This document shows, in pieces, positions 60,751 through 64,000 of a DNA stretch of 64,000 nucleotides. Each line of letters opens with the position of its first letter. The stretch's first letter is position 1. The notes below the pieces were generated by a model that ran no database searches, was not told the origin of the DNA, and saw only the letters and a list, made by a program, of their open reading frames with translations. This DNA is from Antedon mediterranea (lineage: Eukaryota; Animalia; Echinodermata), in the NCBI RefSeq assembly GCF_964355755.1, contig NC_092677.1, forward strand, positions 13,786,101-13,850,100, written 5' to 3'. The position numbers and the translations under genes are program-made.

Positions 60751-61483
60751 TTAGACTGAAGATATTGTAGTTTTCTAGATAATAGAAACCGAAAATATAT
60801 TTTTTTCTTAGTTTTATATTTTAGTTTTTTAACACTATTTTTCATTTTTGATTGGATTACCAATATTATTTTATTGTGACGGTTCCGTTATGACAGACTG
60901 CATGTGGTTTGACGCGAGGAAACGTAATAAGTTGACACTTATTAATTGCATCCTATCATTTAAATTGATAAGATCACTTTATTAATTGCGAAGACTTTTA
61001 TTTTCTATTTATTAGTCCGTTTTAACATGAATTATCGCTTGTTTTAACTAGGCATAGGCCTACGCATATTTGAATATATCGAGAGTTGAGTAATCCAATT
61101 CGATTTGATACGATGCTACACACATAGGCCTATCACAAGTATTAAAGTATATCAATTTGCCTAATAGACTATATAGGTCCCATTATTGACTTCCTCTCTA
61201 TGAAATCCTTAAGACCTATTAGATAGCATATAGTGTTTCTATCTGAAATCTTGCCAATTTTGTGTTACATTTCTAACGTTTTTAATCATTTTCCATAAAT
61301 TACAAATCTCAAATGTGTAACTCAACACTCTGTGCATGATTCCGCCACTATTACCGCCAGCGTTTGTCTGTCCTGCAATCTTGAAAATATGTCATTCTCA
61401 AAACGAGGGTGACTCATAAATTGGTACGTTAATCGACCGAGCATCCATGCGATGAAAACATGCCACATGTGTCTTTTAAGAAA

Positions 61484-61781
61484 TGATGTATTGTCCCCCA
61501 AAAACATAAAAAGATTAATAAATCAGGTTATACTATATGTAAATAATAATAAAGTTAATCACTCACCGTAGAAAAAACAAAATATTATAACTTATAAAAT
61601 GACAAAATCTCATTGGCTGGCAGCCAATTTGACTATTTTTTGCTTTAAAATTACAGTTTTTTCAGGTAAATAAATTTTGTTTTCGAACCAATATTTGGTC
61701 AAGGTGGATAACTAATATGTGACATTAAAATGGCATATTAAACAACAACAAAAAAATATTTTTTAGGGGGACAATGCATCT
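61484..61781. mobile_element. Kolobok-like element copy (reverse orientation)
   Basis: GATGTATTGTCCCCC...GGGGGACAATGCATCT|TTAA; internal sequence is the reverse complement of 37338-37650. Confidence 0.75.
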
Positions 61782-62279
61782 TTAATAGAATCAACAAATA
61801 TTACGGGTTTAATACTTATAGATCTGATAATAAAGTGCATAATATTCTCAATACAAATTACAACAGGTTTTCATCTCCTGTAAATATAGGCCTAGAACTC
61901 GATAGAACGTTACGACGCCCATGTAGCTTTAAAATGTCTTGCAGACAGCCTAACACTGTATCGTCATAAAGAATTGGATAAACGTATGTTGTAGAATTCA
62001 ACACACGACGTTTTGTATTTTTGTTTGCTGCCATTTTTGTCAAGTTATGGCTTAACAAACCCAACAACATAAAATTAGGCCCACTGGTCCTACTAAGGAG
62101 TGCATTCGTGATAAAATAAATTTTATGTCACATGTTTGTTCACCATTGATTCAGGTTATAATACTTTTTTAACAACTGGTTTATTTTTCGTCATTTCATC
62201 TAGCCTAGCTAGAAAAACTCCACTCCCAAAGACTTTATAAGACTTAATAAGACTTTGTTTATGTAGAGCATTTTGTGTC

Positions 62280-62537
62280 TTTACTCCACTTTTTGAAATC
62301 TCACCACTCGTTTGGAGATTGTGCTTTTTCTATTAATGCTCCGCGTCTGTGGAATGACATTCCTGAATGGATTTGGCATTGCCACACAATTAATTCTTTT
62401 AAAAAATCATTAAAATCATACTTTTTTGCTGAGGCATATAGTATTAATGAAGCATAAACAAACAGTGTTGTGATTAGCGCCTTGAGCACTTTTAGTGGAT
62501 ATATGTGCGCTATATAAATTGTTATATTATTATTATA
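62280..62537 (+). mobile_element. 3' end of L2/CR1-group LINE
   Basis: FGDCAFSINAPRLWNDIP...SFKKSLKSYFF resembles the L2/CR1 ORF2 C-terminus; 3'UTR AGCGCCTTGAG...GCGCTATATAAAT plus (ATT)n. Confidence 0.75.
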
Positions 62538-62959
62538 TATGTTTGTCTTGTGAACCTCTGAGGGTCCCTAATGATCAGCAATTGCTGGATGGATCACCCT
62601 CATGGTTTAACAAAATATATAATTAATATACTGTGTAGGTTGTATATCATGCGTAGTATTAATTATGCTAATTATTCTGAAAACTCCCATATTAATGAAG
62701 CGAATCATCCACCCACCACAAAACACACTTTCAGTTTTCATTGTAAAAAGAATAACATTTTCCGCGAACAGCATCGTAATCAATATACATTATAGCCTAC
62801 TCTCCCACATGATTAACATTTGGATGTATTCGATTAAGATTTTGATTTTAGTAAAGAAAATTACTTCACAGAAGTTAGCCGATCCATAGAACTTAACAGT
62901 GATGTGTATTCTGTGATAATATAATACGCAGTAATATTATGTCGTCATTGCTGCTTGTA

Positions 62960-63504
62960 ACAAGAGTGTGACGTCATCAAGAACTGTGACGTTGTAGTCG
63001 TCACATGGTTTCCTTGAATCATCACGAATGCAAATACTACGCTTGAATGCACTCATAATAAATGGTCGAATCGAAAGATCTTACCGGATCGTTTCGTTTA
63101 GCTAAAAACAGACACTGTACATGTTAAAGCTTACAAGATACGTTGTGATTGAATTAAGTAAGTACTTTAAGTTTAGTCGTCGACAATAACAACCCACGAC
63201 GAACTCTGCCGATTGTTGCTCAGTGCTGTATTTACGTCGCTACAACTACAAATACAAGCGGTCATCGACCTCACTTCCTGATAAAAACGATTAGCCAATC
63301 AGATCTGTACAATGATACTAGTCAGTGGAATGATAATATAAACGCGTTATTTAACAACCAAACACAATCACTTAACCGCAACCGAGCAGGACCAACGATT
63401 ATTTTGTAGTAGGATACTAGCTGCTAGAAGAAGAATTACCACAAAAAGGAACGAAGCGTGCATACCTCGCTACTACACACTACTCCATGAATAGTATAGC
63501 TAAC
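62960..63504 (+). promoter_or_regulatory. CBFB proximal promoter / 5'UTR
   Basis: CRE TGACGTCA 62969-62976, ETS CACTTCCTG 63272-63280, CCAAT 63295-63299, RUNX-type AACCGCA 63374-63380 and ACCACA 63438-63443, CpG-richer than surroundings. Confidence 0.5.
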
Positions 63505-64000
63505 ATGCCGAGAGTGGTTCCAGACCAGAGAGCGAAATTTGAAAATGATGAACTATTTCGAAAACTTTGTCGAGAGTCAGAGGTATACATTCAAGTATAT
63601 TGATTTTTATCATCGTATGGATACATATAAAGTCGATCTGCAGGCTTCTGCTCATGTTTTGTTGTGTATTTTCATCACGATTACGCAATTAAAAGAATTG
63701 TCAATATTTGTTTACGCAGAAGCTTTTACAGAGACCGACATACAATCAACGTTTATGGTTTTCACCGATCGGAAACAAATAGCCTACTTATGGATAATAT
63801 TATTATTTGCTATATTACTTAATTCTTATTTTGTTTTGGATTAGAAATCTACATGCGTATTTTTATTTGATTGTGAATATATACCTTTTCTAAAATATTT
63901 CGGGTTTTCCCCTTTTCAGATTAGGTATACTGGGTTTCGCGACCGATCCATAGAAGAAAGACAAGTAAGGTTTCAATCGGGTTGTAGAGAAGGTCATTCG
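63505..64000 (+). CDS. CBFB: Core-binding factor subunit beta (Runx partner), first two coding exons, 3'-truncated by window end
   Basis: Exon 63505-63582 MPRVVPDQRAKFENDELFRKLCRESE (donor gtatac), exon 63920-64000 IRYTGFRDRSIEERQVRFQSGCREGHS (acceptor ccccttttcag); diagnostic CBF-beta N-terminus. Not in the ORF track. Confidence 0.96.

Noticed and set aside
63539-63844. 101-aa ORF from the track (and the minus ORF 63500-63688)
   Set aside because: Wrong frame or strand over CBFB exon 1 and its intron.

Overview
AT-rich, intron-rich animal genomic DNA, probably an invertebrate (species not determinable from sequence). I reconstructed three spliced genes by hand. PHAF1/C16orf70 (UPF0183) is on the minus strand, with 12 coding exons at 828-7474 and ~423 aa. 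PIGN (GPI ethanolamine-phosphate transferase 1) is head-to-head with it on the plus strand, with 18 coding exons at 8745-25467, ~929 aa and one U12-type intron. After a ~38 kb region with no recognisable coding gene, the first two coding exons of CBFB (core-binding factor beta) start at 63505 and run off the window end. Most ORF-track entries are spurious. Non-coding DNA holds a young Penelope-like insertion with a 158-bp inverted pseudo-LTR and a hammerhead-like motif, several MITE families, tRNA-derived SINEs, an L2/CR1 tail and several minisatellites. Most notable: (1) a 364-bp tandem cassette, each unit carrying an intact tRNA-like gene with the normally absent Asp anticodon AUC; (2) paralog-based evidence that abundant TAGGCCTA / TAC(A/T)GTA / TACCGTA words are insertions at TA sites; (3) PHAF1-CBFB linkage, also seen in human.
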